A DNA stretch of 64,000 nucleotides, taken from the NCBI GenBank assembly GCA_964447905.1, contig CAYUUK010000005.1, forward strand, positions 279 through 64,278. The letters run 5' to 3'. The notes under the pieces were generated by a model. That model did not search any database. It was given only the letters and a program-made list of their open reading frames with translations, and had not been told where the DNA came from. The DNA is from an uncultured Pseudomonadales bacterium. GTDB lineage: Bacteria; Patescibacteriota; Microgenomatia; UBA1400; UBA1396. Made by a program: the position numbers and the translations under genes. Positions 38,116 to 47,789 of the stretch are shown piece after piece. Position 1 is the stretch's first letter. Every line of letters starts with the position of its first letter.

Positions 38116-39480
38116 TTATCGAAAAGCAACGGTGTCAGGTTTTCCAAATGCTTGGTTGAAACTACGCGCAAACTCGGCTGCATTAGCAAACCCAGAATCA
38201 GAACCTTTTGGCAGTGCCATTTCAAAAAAGATAAGTACCGATTCAAAGTCTAGTCCATATTTTTTACAGTAGGACTGTATTTTGTCCTCATGTAGGTTCC
38301 CAACACTGCCCAGCATAATATGTTGAATAGCAATACCAACTGGTGATACATTCTGCATCGTTGGCGGTGGGTCTATAGAAAGCCAATAGTTTTGGCCTGT
38401 AATGAGTTCGTGCAGTATGATGGCCACAGCAGAGCAATCGTAAGCCGCACCAGTATTCAGAGAACTGTATCCCATGCTTCCTCGTACATCACCTTCTTCA
38501 ACCGGATGGGCTAAACTGGCCAATCCAAAATCAAGAAGAACGGTTTTGTGGTTATTTGGATCATTTATCAACTTCTCATTTTTTAGCAGTGGAAGTATAT
38601 GCACCAGGATATTCTCAGGTTTGATATCACAGTGAATGAGTTCCATATATTGTCCGCGTTGGAGAGTATTAGCTACATTTCCACCACCGATAACTCGACG
38701 CACTTTTGGTGTGTGAAGCTCTTTTAATGTTTGCAGAATAGAGGAGACATATGCGTGTAGGTTCTCGGGATGAAGTATTCGCTCAATTACTTGAAGAGGA
38801 ATAGACGGATCTCGATCAATAATTTGGCGCAGGGTAGGATATTCATGAGTATCAAAGTACTCCATGATCAGAACTTTTTCTTCTGTGCTCGTCTTTCCAA
38901 AGTAGTAATATCTAGAGATTCCAGGTGTGCCGAGATGGGTTTCTCCTGCCAAAGTGTAGGCCTCGTGCATAATTTCTGGCACTTCCTCTTCTTTCCGATC
39001 AGGTCTGGTAATTTTTAGACCAACTCTTTTTTTTAGATTAAGACAAAACGCTGGGAGAAACTGTGCTGCCCCACCTTGGCTCATCATGTTCTTATCGTAA
39101 ATTACGATTGGGTTAGGAATTTTACGATCTGTATAAGCACTGGCAGATGAAAGTTCAGAGTTCAGAATCCAAGATCGGTCTTTATCGACGATTGAAAGGA
39201 CCAAAGAGCTTCTTCTTTCTCTATGAAAAAGAGTTATGAGCTCCTGCTTTTGCGATTGCTCTAAACGAGCAGCTTCGATTGCTCTTTTCAATTCAGGACT
39301 AACTTCCTGTAAGAACCGATTAAATTCTCGTTCCACACGAAATACCCCCTCAGGTGGTTTGGGAGGTTTGGTAGTGTCGAGAGGCTCGCCAACTTCTGGA
39401 CGAAGTTGAGATGTTCGCAGAGGAGTGTTTCTATCTCCTGGCCTTAGCCTCTCTATAATTTCACCGATTCGTAAAGCCAT
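38116..39480 (-). CDS. eukaryotic-like Ser/Thr protein kinase with a novel ~170-aa N-terminal region
   Basis: Catalytic loop HCDIKPENIL and DFG motif LLDFGLA, but no canonical G-x-G-x-x-G or VAIK motifs. The start codon lies 4 nt downstream of the tRNA-Lys 3' end. Confidence 0.7.
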   Translation of the reverse strand: MALRIGEIIERLRPGDRNTPLRTSQLRPEVGEPLDTTKPPKPPEGVFRVEREFNRFLQEVSPELKRAIEAARLEQSQKQELITLFHRERRSSLVLSIVDKDRSWILNSELSSASAYTDRKIPNPIVIYDKNMMSQGGAAQFLPAFCLNLKKRVGLKITRPDRKEEEVPEIMHEAYTLAGETHLGTPGISRYYYFGKTSTEEKVLIMEYFDTHEYPTLRQIIDRDPSIPLQVIERILHPENLHAYVSSILQTLKELHTPKVRRVIGGGNVANTLQRGQYMELIHCDIKPENILVHILPLLKNEKLINDPNNHKTVLLDFGLASLAHPVEEGDVRGSMGYSSLNTGAAYDCSAVAIILHELITGQNYWLSIDPPPTMQNVSPVGIAIQHIMLGSVGNLHEDKIQSYCKKYGLDFESVLIFFEMALPKGSDSGFANAAEFARSFNQAFGKPDTVAFR

Positions 39481-39484
39481 AATC

Positions 39485-39559
39485 GGTGAGCCCGGAAGGA
39501 TTTGAACCTTCGACGCACAGCTTAAAAGGCTGTCGCTCTAACCCCTGAGCTACGGGCCC
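39485..39559 (-). tRNA. tRNA-Lys (anticodon TTT), no complete CCA encoded
   Basis: Manual fold: acceptor GGGCCCG/CGGGCTC, anticodon stem ACAGC/GCTGT, loop CTTTTAA, T-arm GAAGG-TTCAAAT-CCTTC, 3' end ...A-CC-g. Confidence 0.9.
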
Positions 39560-39634
39560 ATCTTATACTTCACGCGCATCTCACATGAGAAGTACATGAT
39601 ATTATATCATGCGATTCACCTGTACAATAGGAAT

Positions 39635-40813
39635 ATGGACAACAGCTCTCCTCTGGCACATTTGCTCCGCCCGACAACTTTGAATGAAGTAGTCGGACAG
39701 TTGCACCTCATTGGCGAAGATAAGCCGCTCCGCCGATTGGTAGAAAAGAACGATGTGTACTCCATGATTTTCTGGGGACCACCAGGTGTGGGAAAAACCA
39801 CACTGGCAAGAATTCTAGCCAAGGCGAGTAACCGACCATTTATTGAGCTCTCGGCTGTTTCTGCCTCGAAAGCTGATGTGCGGGCCGTAATCGAAGATGC
39901 TCGTGCTCCGCAAAAAATGCTTACACAAACACATGTGCCACCAGTACTTTTTCTCGACGAAATTCATCGTTTTACGAAAGCGCAGCAAGATTTTCTATTG
40001 CCCTACGTCGAAGACGGCACAATTATTCTCATTGGAGCTACTACCGAGAATCCCTCTTTTGAAGTAATTTCACCGCTTCTGTCGCGGATGCGAGTGTATG
40101 TACTCGAAGAGCTTTCTCTCTCAGATTTGGAAACATTAGCAAAAAAAGCCTTTCACAGTCTTGGGATTGAAGACCCAAATGATGATGTTGTCCGAGAGGC
40201 GATTCGGCAAGCGAACGGCGATGCCCGACAACTGCTCACACTCCTTGATCATGCCTGGCAAACCTATGGTGAGATTACCAGTGAACAGCTGGAAAGCATT
40301 GGCCACAACTTGGTTCGTTTTGACAAGAGCGGTGAACAACACTACGACACCATCAGTGCCTTTATCAAAAGCATGCGCGCCAGCAATGTGGATGCGGCAC
40401 TGTACTATTTGGCACGGCTGGTCCATGGTGGGGAAGACCCCAAGTTTATTGCTCGGAGAATGGTGATTTTTGCTAGCGAAGACATCGGTTTAGCGCAACC
40501 AACTGCCCTCGTGGTGGCGAACGCCGTTTTTGATGCAGTGCACAAAACAGGATACCCCGAGGCACAGATAACGCTCGCTCACGGTGCAGCGTATTTGGCG
40601 CAAGCCAAAAAAGATCGTTCAGCCTATGATGCGTATTTTGCGGCACTCAGAGATGTAGAGAGTACTGGAAACCTACCAATACCAAAAAAACTTCGTAATG
40701 CTCCTTCAAAGCTTATGAAAGAGCTGGGGTATGGTGAAGGATATGACATGTATCCAGAGCCAGGTGAAAGTTTATTGCCAGAAAAGTTACAGAAGAAACG
40801 ATACTTTTCGTAG
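39635..40813 (+). CDS. rarA: replication-associated recombination protein A (AAA+ ATPase)
   Basis: Walker [12 protein letters not shown]; N-terminus [15 protein letters not shown] typical of RarA/MgsA. Confidence 0.85.
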   Translation: MDNSSPLAHLLRPTTLNEVVGQLHLIGEDKPLRRLVEKNDVYSMIFWGPPGVGKTTLARILAKASNRPFIELSAVSASKADVRAVIEDARAPQKMLTQTHVPPVLFLDEIHRFTKAQQDFLLPYVEDGTIILIGATTENPSFEVISPLLSRMRVYVLEELSLSDLETLAKKAFHSLGIEDPNDDVVREAIRQANGDARQLLTLLDHAWQTYGEITSEQLESIGHNLVRFDKSGEQHYDTISAFIKSMRASNVDAALYYLARLVHGGEDPKFIARRMVIFASEDIGLAQPTALVVANAVFDAVHKTGYPEAQITLAHGAAYLAQAKKDRSAYDAYFAALRDVESTGNLPIPKKLRNAPSKLMKELGYGEGYDMYPEPGESLLPEKLQKKRYFS

Positions 40814-40853
40814 AAATCTTTCCAGATACTTGATCCTATGCTACAGTGCTTGC

Positions 40854-41318
40854 ATGAAACAAACGTTTATTCTCACTACAGTACTTATGAGCGGCTTTTT
40901 GTTTGCTGGCTGTAGCATCACCACATCTGATACCATACCAACACAAAACACCGAGGACACTTCTATGCAAGAATCAACTCAACCCGAAATCAATGAACTG
41001 ATCATTGAGGACATCACTACCGGTGAAGGTCAAACAGCCGAGGCCGGAGACATGGTGACGGTGCACTATACCGGCACACTCATGGATGGCACTGTTTTTG
41101 ACTCTTCACACAATCGCAACACTCCGTTTACCTTTGAACTCGGAGCCGGCCAAGTGATTGAAGGCTGGGACCAAGGTGTGCAAGGTATGCAAGAAGGTGG
41201 TACTCGTAAATTAACTATTCCATCTGACATGGCTTACGGCGAGCGAGGTGTTCCTGGTGCTATCCCACCAAGCGCACCGCTGGTCTTTGAGGTTGAGCTT
41301 TTAGAAGTTGAAAAATAA
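40854..41318 (+). CDS. FKBP-type peptidyl-prolyl cis-trans isomerase, lipoprotein
   Basis: Lipobox LFAGC. FKBP core [16 protein letters not shown]...F.LG.G.VI.GWD.G..GM..GG.R.L.IP..AYG. Confidence 0.85.
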   Translation: MKQTFILTTVLMSGFLFAGCSITTSDTIPTQNTEDTSMQESTQPEINELIIEDITTGEGQTAEAGDMVTVHYTGTLMDGTVFDSSHNRNTPFTFELGAGQVIEGWDQGVQGMQEGGTRKLTIPSDMAYGERGVPGAIPPSAPLVFEVELLEVEK

Positions 41319-41320
41319 CT

Positions 41321-43831
41321 CTAGAGTACTGATTGAATCAATTTACTGGCTTGTGCGGTAGCATACAGATTTTCTAACGAGTAAGTGCTTGATTCTAGAG
41401 TGCTGTTCAAGTGCAATATTCTCTGATAATCCTCTAGTGTAAGGGGTTGGATATCGAGGAGTGCTTCTTTTTCTGACTGAATTTGCTCAATTTTTTCCTC
41501 TAGTTGAATACTTCTTTGAACTAAATGTGTGTCTAATTTTTGCAGTACTGTAGTGAGCTGACCTTTGAAAGCAGTCACCGCCTCTGGGTATTCCTCAGAA
41601 TGAAGAATTGAGTATGGTGACGTAGCAGTTTTTTCTCCGAGAAGTGCAAGAAGTGTGTTTTTACATTCTTCTGCTGAGAGAATTGATGATTCACGAGTAT
41701 CCTCAATTTTCCCACTTGCTAAAGTTGCTGCTGTCTTTGCCAGAACTGCGTGTATATGAGAAAGATCAGTAATATACGATGATTGAATGAGCTTCTGAAG
41801 TTTCTCTGGCTGTACAGTGTCACTGAGCATGTCGAAAATGTGTTCTAAAATTTTGCGAACGGTTGGAGTAGCAAGAACTCCACTGAAATCTTCTCTAATT
41901 TCCTTTTTTACTTCTTTTTCTGTTTTTCTTCGTTTTGCAACAGTACGAACTATGAGTGCTGCAGCAAATAAACCTGATGAAGCAACCAGATCAACTGGAG
42001 AACCTTCAGCATTGCTCGGTGGCCTCATCTCAAGCATAGACAAGTCTTCTCCCGGATTCGGCGTATATGGTGTGGCATCAAAGTATAAAAAGTGACCATT
42101 GGGGAGATGCATGACACCATTGAGATGTCCTACTCGGCTGTAAAGGCCGTTACCGTATTGGGCGTAGTGAGAACCTGTTTGCATGTATACGCGTACGTCA
42201 AAAGGAGCAAAAAAGTCGTCAACAATTTGATTTGCGATAGTGCAATAAAATGCTGGTAAGCCATATATGCTGTTGTAGCCATATCCAGCTAAGATGGGGT
42301 AGCGTGTAGCAATATCTGGATGCTCATAGAGTAAGCTATAAAAATGCTCAGATTGTATAAAGTTGACAAGCTCAATTAAGCTACTTTGAACTATCTCAGA
42401 GTAGCGGTCGTGATACTCAGTGACAGTCATAGGTGAGCTTGTGCCTTGAGAAGTTCTCCAGTCTTGATACAGCTGTTCTAATTGATTGTGCACTTCTTGG
42501 TGCATGGACATAATTTCTGGTGCACTAGCGAGAACTTCATAGAGTTCAGCGAGAGCTTCACGCTCTTCAAGGGTCTCGAAGGCGGATGAAAATATACCTG
42601 AATTTGGCGTGTACCGAGAACCATATGTTCCAAGATACTCTATTATCGCTGGAGCGATTGTGTGACCACGATCTGGTCTGGCAACGACCAACACTTCTGG
42701 TGAAGTAGTAACGTTTGAAGCGAGAGCAAGATTTCCGGGACCTGGTAAGAACAGCTGCATACCGGTGGCTTCATTTGTGAGAGGTACTATTTCTCGCTCT
42801 GATTCCACGAAAATTTGAGCGATATAGTATCCAACCGGAGGAAATATATTGCTTGATCGGGCAGTACTTCTGAAGGGCGAGTACACCCACTCATCTGGTT
42901 GAGGAGAGTATGTTTCCGCTGATATTTCTTCTACATACGTAATCTTTGATTCAGGAAAAGGAAGATAAGGTTCGGCTTCCTCACCAGCCTGGCGGTTGTA
43001 CCACATATCTGGAAAAAAGCCTAAGTATGTGCCGGAATCTGCAGAAGCAAGCGATTCTGGCACATGGTAGAGATCTGCGCGTCGGACAGTTGGTTGGCTC
43101 CTTAGAGCCTCTCTATCGAGTTCTCTAAGGATATCATCATATATTTCAGCACTTGATGGGGGTTCTTCAGCCTCACCATTTCTACTGGCGCCGAATATCA
43201 TTACACCACTTGCGAGTATCGTGAAGAAAATCATTAAGTAGATTACATAACGAAATTTTTTCCGGAGAAAATCATGTTCACTTTTTACAAAATCTCTTGT
43301 TTCAGAAATTTCTTTTTCAAATTCAGCTCCGAGAACTCCCATTTCCTTGATTCTTTTTTGGATAACATGATCTTTTGCGTGTGTACTTAATAAGTAGTGC
43401 GTGCCTCCCAATAGAAGTAATGATGTGAGGGCGCTTGACATATCTTGTCTACTATCAAGTATTTTAATGGCGCTCTCAATGCTTGAGAGTTCAAAGACAA
43501 CATATAAAGCAACGAGGAGGGCAGCTGTTGTTACAGTACCCGCAGAAGAAGAATGTGTCGCATATTCCGAGCGATCAGTGTCTCTTGTGACTTCTAAGAC
43601 GTCAGAGATAGGCGCATTTAACGCCATTTGATTATTTAAACCATAAAGGCCATAGATTCTGGGAGTGAAAAACTGTTCTAAGAACTCCATCTGTCTATAT
43701 CGCTCACGAACAAACGCAATTATCTCTTCAGATTTTTGGCTGGTAAACCCAGAAGAAAGAGGTAGTTTGTGAAGAACTTTTCGAGCTTTCTCAGATTGGT
43801 CAATCGAATCAATAGTTCCAATTCGCGACAT
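41321..43831 (-). CDS. membrane protein with a transglutaminase-like (TgpA-type) Cys-His-Asp core and a C-terminal coiled-coil
   Basis: Three TM segments. Between TM2 and TM3: FYCTIANQ ... GHLNGVMHL ... FLYFDATP, matching the order and spacing of the transglutaminase-like catalytic triad. The start may instead be the internal Met at 43690. Confidence 0.4.
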   Translation of the reverse strand: MSRIGTIDSIDQSEKARKVLHKLPLSSGFTSQKSEEIIAFVRERYRQMEFLEQFFTPRIYGLYGLNNQMALNAPISDVLEVTRDTDRSEYATHSSSAGTVTTAALLVALYVVFELSSIESAIKILDSRQDMSSALTSLLLLGGTHYLLSTHAKDHVIQKRIKEMGVLGAEFEKEISETRDFVKSEHDFLRKKFRYVIYLMIFFTILASGVMIFGASRNGEAEEPPSSAEIYDDILRELDREALRSQPTVRRADLYHVPESLASADSGTYLGFFPDMWYNRQAGEEAEPYLPFPESKITYVEEISAETYSPQPDEWVYSPFRSTARSSNIFPPVGYYIAQIFVESEREIVPLTNEATGMQLFLPGPGNLALASNVTTSPEVLVVARPDRGHTIAPAIIEYLGTYGSRYTPNSGIFSSAFETLEEREALAELYEVLASAPEIMSMHQEVHNQLEQLYQDWRTSQGTSSPMTVTEYHDRYSEIVQSSLIELVNFIQSEHFYSLLYEHPDIATRYPILAGYGYNSIYGLPAFYCTIANQIVDDFFAPFDVRVYMQTGSHYAQYGNGLYSRVGHLNGVMHLPNGHFLYFDATPYTPNPGEDLSMLEMRPPSNAEGSPVDLVASSGLFAAALIVRTVAKRRKTEKEVKKEIREDFSGVLATPTVRKILEHIFDMLSDTVQPEKLQKLIQSSYITDLSHIHAVLAKTAATLASGKIEDTRESSILSAEECKNTLLALLGEKTATSPYSILHSEEYPEAVTAFKGQLTTVLQKLDTHLVQRSIQLEEKIEQIQSEKEALLDIQPLTLEDYQRILHLNSTLESSTYSLENLYATAQASKLIQSVL

Positions 43832-45339
43832 ACCTTCATCCGGAGGAGTTTCGTATGGCGTTTTTTTGAGTGGTGTTTCTGAATATCCGGTTGAATTATT
43901 TTGCTCACAATCTGCAAAAACAGGTTTTTTCGCGGAGACGGAACTCCTACCGTAGCGAGAGAAAAAGCTACTAGGCTAACTTTTTCGGTAGCTGATAGGG
44001 AAAACCACGTGGGCCCAAAAAGCTGAGTGATCCACCTAGAGTTTTGTGCTTCAAAAAGTGATTGGAGTTTTTCCGAGAGATGATCGTAGTTTAGTGAAGC
44101 TTTGCCATGTTCACTAGCACGAGAGGTGATGAATGCCTCATAGAGAAGCGGGCTCAAGGTATGGAGTTTTTTCCACGGATCACTTAATCGCTGTCTCTCA
44201 TTGAGAATTGGTTGGCGCAATGGGTCATAATTCTCTAGTATTGCATCTAAAGCTCGGTACTGATTTCGCCGTAGTTGCAGTGTTTTTTGTCGGATTTCGG
44301 CTTGAAGTTTTCGTTCTTGTTCAACTACTTGATCCCGGATTTCCTGCCATGGATGAGCGCTATCTGCTCTTGCGGCAATGCGACTTCCATGGGCTATGAG
44401 AGCAGCATTTCCACCTGTTACAGCTCGTGAATCTAAGGGGATTTTTGTTCTTGCTTTAGTGATTTGATCAGTGCTAAAAATACCTTGAGGAATGGGAAGT
44501 TGTTGCAGTTGTGATTCTCCTAGATAGGCTGGTAAGAAAAAATCGGTCCAGTATTGAGAAATGAGAGCATTGTTCCTACTTTCTTGGCGCGTACCATTTT
44601 TTTTAATCAGTTCTCGAACGACTGGTGGTATAAATTCATGAGGAGCATTTTTGTTCAGTGCAGCTAGGTAGTAGGGAGCGTGCTGATTTGTGGCAGAAAA
44701 ATACCCATACAAATAACCAAAAATACAAATGGATTCTATAAATGTTTTACTGCTTTTTGTATTCCCATTGCAATATGCCTGAAGATTTGCCTCAAAATTT
44801 CTAAATACCTCCTGGGTGTACCAGTAAGAAAGGGGGTTGAGCATTTCTCTCGGCATAATTCGAGAAGTAGTTTCTTTCTTCATAAATTTAAGAGTGTTCG
44901 AGATATCATTACTGAAAGAAACGTAGCAGTATGAAAAAAGTAGTTCTTGTTGATCTTTACTGACCTCTTGATCAGGTAAGTGGTGGGAAATTATTTTTAT
45001 GAGAGCTGGTCGTAAGATACTTAAGATAGTTTCTATTGGTATTTTTTCAATTTCTTTATCAGTAAAAGTATTGTGTGGTAGTTTTTTCAGTATGTAGCGG
45101 AAAACGAGACGAGCTTTGGTAGGTGCTTTATTGGTGTATTGGTAGAGTACATTGATGCACTCGTCGAGTGACATGAGACTCACCCTCTTTAAGAAGTATT
45201 CTTCGAACTGTGAAGTGAGCAGCGCACGAAACAAAGGATTATCTAGTGTCTGCAACGGTATTTCGCTTGCTAGATCTCGCGGTTTTTTCTCTTTTTTACC
45301 GAGTAAAGAGCTGATGATGTTTTCACGTATTCTAGCCAT
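43720..45339 (-). CDS. hypothetical 539-aa soluble protein, no recognisable domain
   Basis: Long ORF, codirectional with and overlapping or abutting the TgpA-like gene. Lower GC than its flanks. Confidence 0.45.
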   Translation of the reverse strand: MARIRENIISSLLGKKEKKPRDLASEIPLQTLDNPLFRALLTSQFEEYFLKRVSLMSLDECINVLYQYTNKAPTKARLVFRYILKKLPHNTFTDKEIEKIPIETILSILRPALIKIISHHLPDQEVSKDQQELLFSYCYVSFSNDISNTLKFMKKETTSRIMPREMLNPLSYWYTQEVFRNFEANLQAYCNGNTKSSKTFIESICIFGYLYGYFSATNQHAPYYLAALNKNAPHEFIPPVVRELIKKNGTRQESRNNALISQYWTDFFLPAYLGESQLQQLPIPQGIFSTDQITKARTKIPLDSRAVTGGNAALIAHGSRIAARADSAHPWQEIRDQVVEQERKLQAEIRQKTLQLRRNQYRALDAILENYDPLRQPILNERQRLSDPWKKLHTLSPLLYEAFITSRASEHGKASLNYDHLSEKLQSLFEAQNSRWITQLFGPTWFSLSATEKVSLVAFSLATVGVPSPRKNLFLQIVSKIIQPDIQKHHSKKRHTKLLRMKVCRELELLIRLTNLRKLEKFFTNYLFLLGLPAKNLKR

Positions 45340-45432
45340 TTCTTCTAGTATAGGTAATCACGCTTCTCTTTGCTTCTACACTTTTTCGTCGTAGGATATG
45401 AAGAGTCCCAATCAAATTGAAAGGATCACTCT

Positions 45433-46710
45433 ATGGCATCTACGACGATTCAGTCCATCCAAGCACTAGAAGTACTTGCGTCTGGCGGATATCCCACCGT
45501 TGAGGCGCAGGTAACGCTTTCGACTGGAGTTTCAGCGCGAGCATCTGTGCCGTATGGAGCTTCGGCTGGTTCGCATGAGGCCTCTGTTCTTACGGACGGT
45601 GATGAGCGCTATCAAGGCAAAGGCATGCTTGGTGTGGTACACACCATTGAAGAGGACATTGCGCCAGAGCTCATCGGAAAAGACGTTTTTGATCAGCAAG
45701 CCATCGACCAACTCATGATTGATCTCGACGGCACTGCCAATAAGTCTCGGCTCGGCGGAAACGCGATTCTTGCTGTTTCTCTGGCTGCTGCCCGCGCTGC
45801 CGCACTGCAGGCAAAAAAACCTCTCTATCAGTATGTGGCAGAGCAGTTTTCTACAGGTTTAGACCTTACATCTGCTGAGCAGTTACCGCAGCCAATGGTA
45901 GTTGCCATAGAAGGCGGTAAGCACGCTGATAACACTACAGATTTACAAGAGTACTGTTTGTCGAGTATTGAATCTATCGCCCCTTCTGAGTCGGTGCGAA
46001 AGGTGCTGGAGTCGTATCACCAACTCAAGAAAATTCTGCAAAAAGAAGGCCTCTCTACCAATGTTGGTAACGAAGGTGCCTTTGCTCCCAACGGCATTGC
46101 CACCAATGAAGCGCCATTTGGGTACTTGGTGCGGTCGATAGAACAAGCTGGGTATACACCAGGAAAAGAGATAGGCATCTCGATTGATGCCGCGGCGAGT
46201 GAGTTCTATGAAAATGGGCAGTACGTGTTAGCGGTGGAGAATCGTACGTTGTCGGCGAGTGAGTTAGCAGCGTATTACGAGAGTTGGCTGGAAAAGTATC
46301 CAATCGCCACGCTCGAAGACATGTTCCATGAGGACGATTGGGAGGCCTGGATTCAATTCCTTCCTACTGCACAGAAATTTGGCGTACCGCATATCGGTGA
46401 CGACCTGACTGTGACCAACGTAGAGCGCTTGCAGCGAGCCATCAATGAGCGAGCTATTTCAGCAATTCTCATTAAATTGAATCAGATTGGTTCCCTTACT
46501 GAGACCGTGCAAACATGTATGCTGGCCAAAAAGCATGGACTTATGACCACAACCTCTCATCGTGGTGGTGGAGAAACGAATGACACTGCCATGGTGGATG
46601 TAGCGGTGGCAGTTGGCAGTCGCTTTATCAAATTTGGGCCGACTCGTGGAGAGCGGGTGAGCAAGTACAATCGCTTACTTCACATTGAACATGAGCTAAA
46701 AAACGCATAA
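45433..46710 (+). CDS. eno: enolase
   Basis: N-terminal barrel signature; SHRGGGETND (enolase signature SHRSGETED); KFGPTRGERV..KYN.LL.IE. Confidence 0.9.
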   Translation: MASTTIQSIQALEVLASGGYPTVEAQVTLSTGVSARASVPYGASAGSHEASVLTDGDERYQGKGMLGVVHTIEEDIAPELIGKDVFDQQAIDQLMIDLDGTANKSRLGGNAILAVSLAAARAAALQAKKPLYQYVAEQFSTGLDLTSAEQLPQPMVVAIEGGKHADNTTDLQEYCLSSIESIAPSESVRKVLESYHQLKKILQKEGLSTNVGNEGAFAPNGIATNEAPFGYLVRSIEQAGYTPGKEIGISIDAAASEFYENGQYVLAVENRTLSASELAAYYESWLEKYPIATLEDMFHEDDWEAWIQFLPTAQKFGVPHIGDDLTVTNVERLQRAINERAISAILIKLNQIGSLTETVQTCMLAKKHGLMTTTSHRGGGETNDTAMVDVAVAVGSRFIKFGPTRGERVSKYNRLLHIEHELKNA

Positions 46711-46800
46711 TTGACAACGTTTTTTACTCGATGTGAGGGTTGCAGCTGTTTCGAAAAGACCGTAAGATGAGAGTGCTCATAAAAAGGTAAGGAGTGCGTT

Positions 46801-47508
46801 ATGCGCAGACTTTCACGACGAGCCGTTTGGGCGAGTTCCCTGGCATTACTGATTGTAATGTCCTACATCGGAACCGCACAGGCGCACGTTTTGACTACGA
46901 TGAGTAGTCAGGTTCCCCCACAAACAAGCGAAAATCGTCTCCTCGCACAAGGTTCACCTGCGGAATCCCGCGTGGAACAGCGCGAGGCAACTCGACAGCA
47001 GCTCAATGACTCACAAGATGCGCGGCAAGAAAACCGGGCCATCAGAGTGGATGAGCTCCAAGAGATGCGCGATGAAGCCAAGGAAAGAGTTGCTGAGCAG
47101 CGCGAAGACCGGCAAAATACTCGCCAAGAACGCCGCGATTTTATTACTGAGCAACACGCCGATAGATTAGAGTATCGCTTCGGCGTCTACAGTGATCGAC
47201 TCAGCGATATTATTGTTCGACTGGATGCGAAGCTCACTGAGCTTGAAGCTGCTGGCTCACCCGTTGATGCCGAAAAGGCACAACTGGAAGCCGCAAAAGA
47301 CCTGCTGGTAGACGCTGATAATGCCGCTGCAGATGCGATCGTTCGCTTCTTGGCAATTGAACCGGCTGAGTATGAAACCCAGCGAGCCCAAGCGCTCGAG
47401 GCCAGAGATCTTGCGCAAACAGCGCGTGGTCAGTATGCCGCGGTCAGAATGAGTTTGCAGGAGATCATTCGTTCTCTCAAAGCACAAATGGCAAGGAGTG
47501 AATCATGA
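46801..47508 (+). CDS. secreted, highly charged (R/E/Q-rich) coiled-coil protein
   Basis: Signal peptide ...AQAHV. AAGGAG Shine-Dalgarno. No family. Confidence 0.45.
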   Translation: MRRLSRRAVWASSLALLIVMSYIGTAQAHVLTTMSSQVPPQTSENRLLAQGSPAESRVEQREATRQQLNDSQDARQENRAIRVDELQEMRDEAKERVAEQREDRQNTRQERRDFITEQHADRLEYRFGVYSDRLSDIIVRLDAKLTELEAAGSPVDAEKAQLEAAKDLLVDADNAAADAIVRFLAIEPAEYETQRAQALEARDLAQTARGQYAAVRMSLQEIIRSLKAQMARSES

Positions 47509-47780
47509 ATATGACCAGTTGGAGACGATATCTCGCAGTAGCAGTACTCGTTTTTGCTCTCATTTTAGGTACGGGTCTTCTATACTCACAGCGCGCCAAT
47601 GCTCCAGTACAACCACCTAGAGGCAATTCGCAAGAGTTTAGCCAAATGGATATGTACCAAACTTCTGAGCCAGCGGACGAAAACCTCAACAGAGAACTCT
47701 CTAGTGAGACCGACCTAGAAGCTCTTGAGCAAGACCTGCAAAACACAGTCATTCTTGACGAAGACTTCAGCGACCTCTAG
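47505..47780 (+). CDS. small single-TM acidic protein (91 aa)
   Basis: ATGA overlap with the upstream gene. One TM. Confidence 0.35.
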   Translation: MNMTSWRRYLAVAVLVFALILGTGLLYSQRANAPVQPPRGNSQEFSQMDMYQTSEPADENLNRELSSETDLEALEQDLQNTVILDEDFSDL

Positions 47781-47789
47781 ACTTTGAGC

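Noticed and set aside
38116-39480. Kinase as part of a mobile island integrated at tRNA-Lys
   Set aside because: Not supported beyond the position and GC. No integrase is present, and no direct repeat of the tRNA 3' end is visible at the distal boundary (38069–38115). Kept only as a low-GC observation in the findings.
39485-39559. Alternative reading of the tRNA anticodon loop as TTTTAAG, giving a TTA ochre-suppressor anticodon
   Set aside because: That register leaves only a 4-bp anticodon stem. The register ACAGC/GCTGT gives a perfect 5-bp stem with loop CTTTTAA (U33, anticodon TTT, A37), i.e. an ordinary tRNA-Lys.
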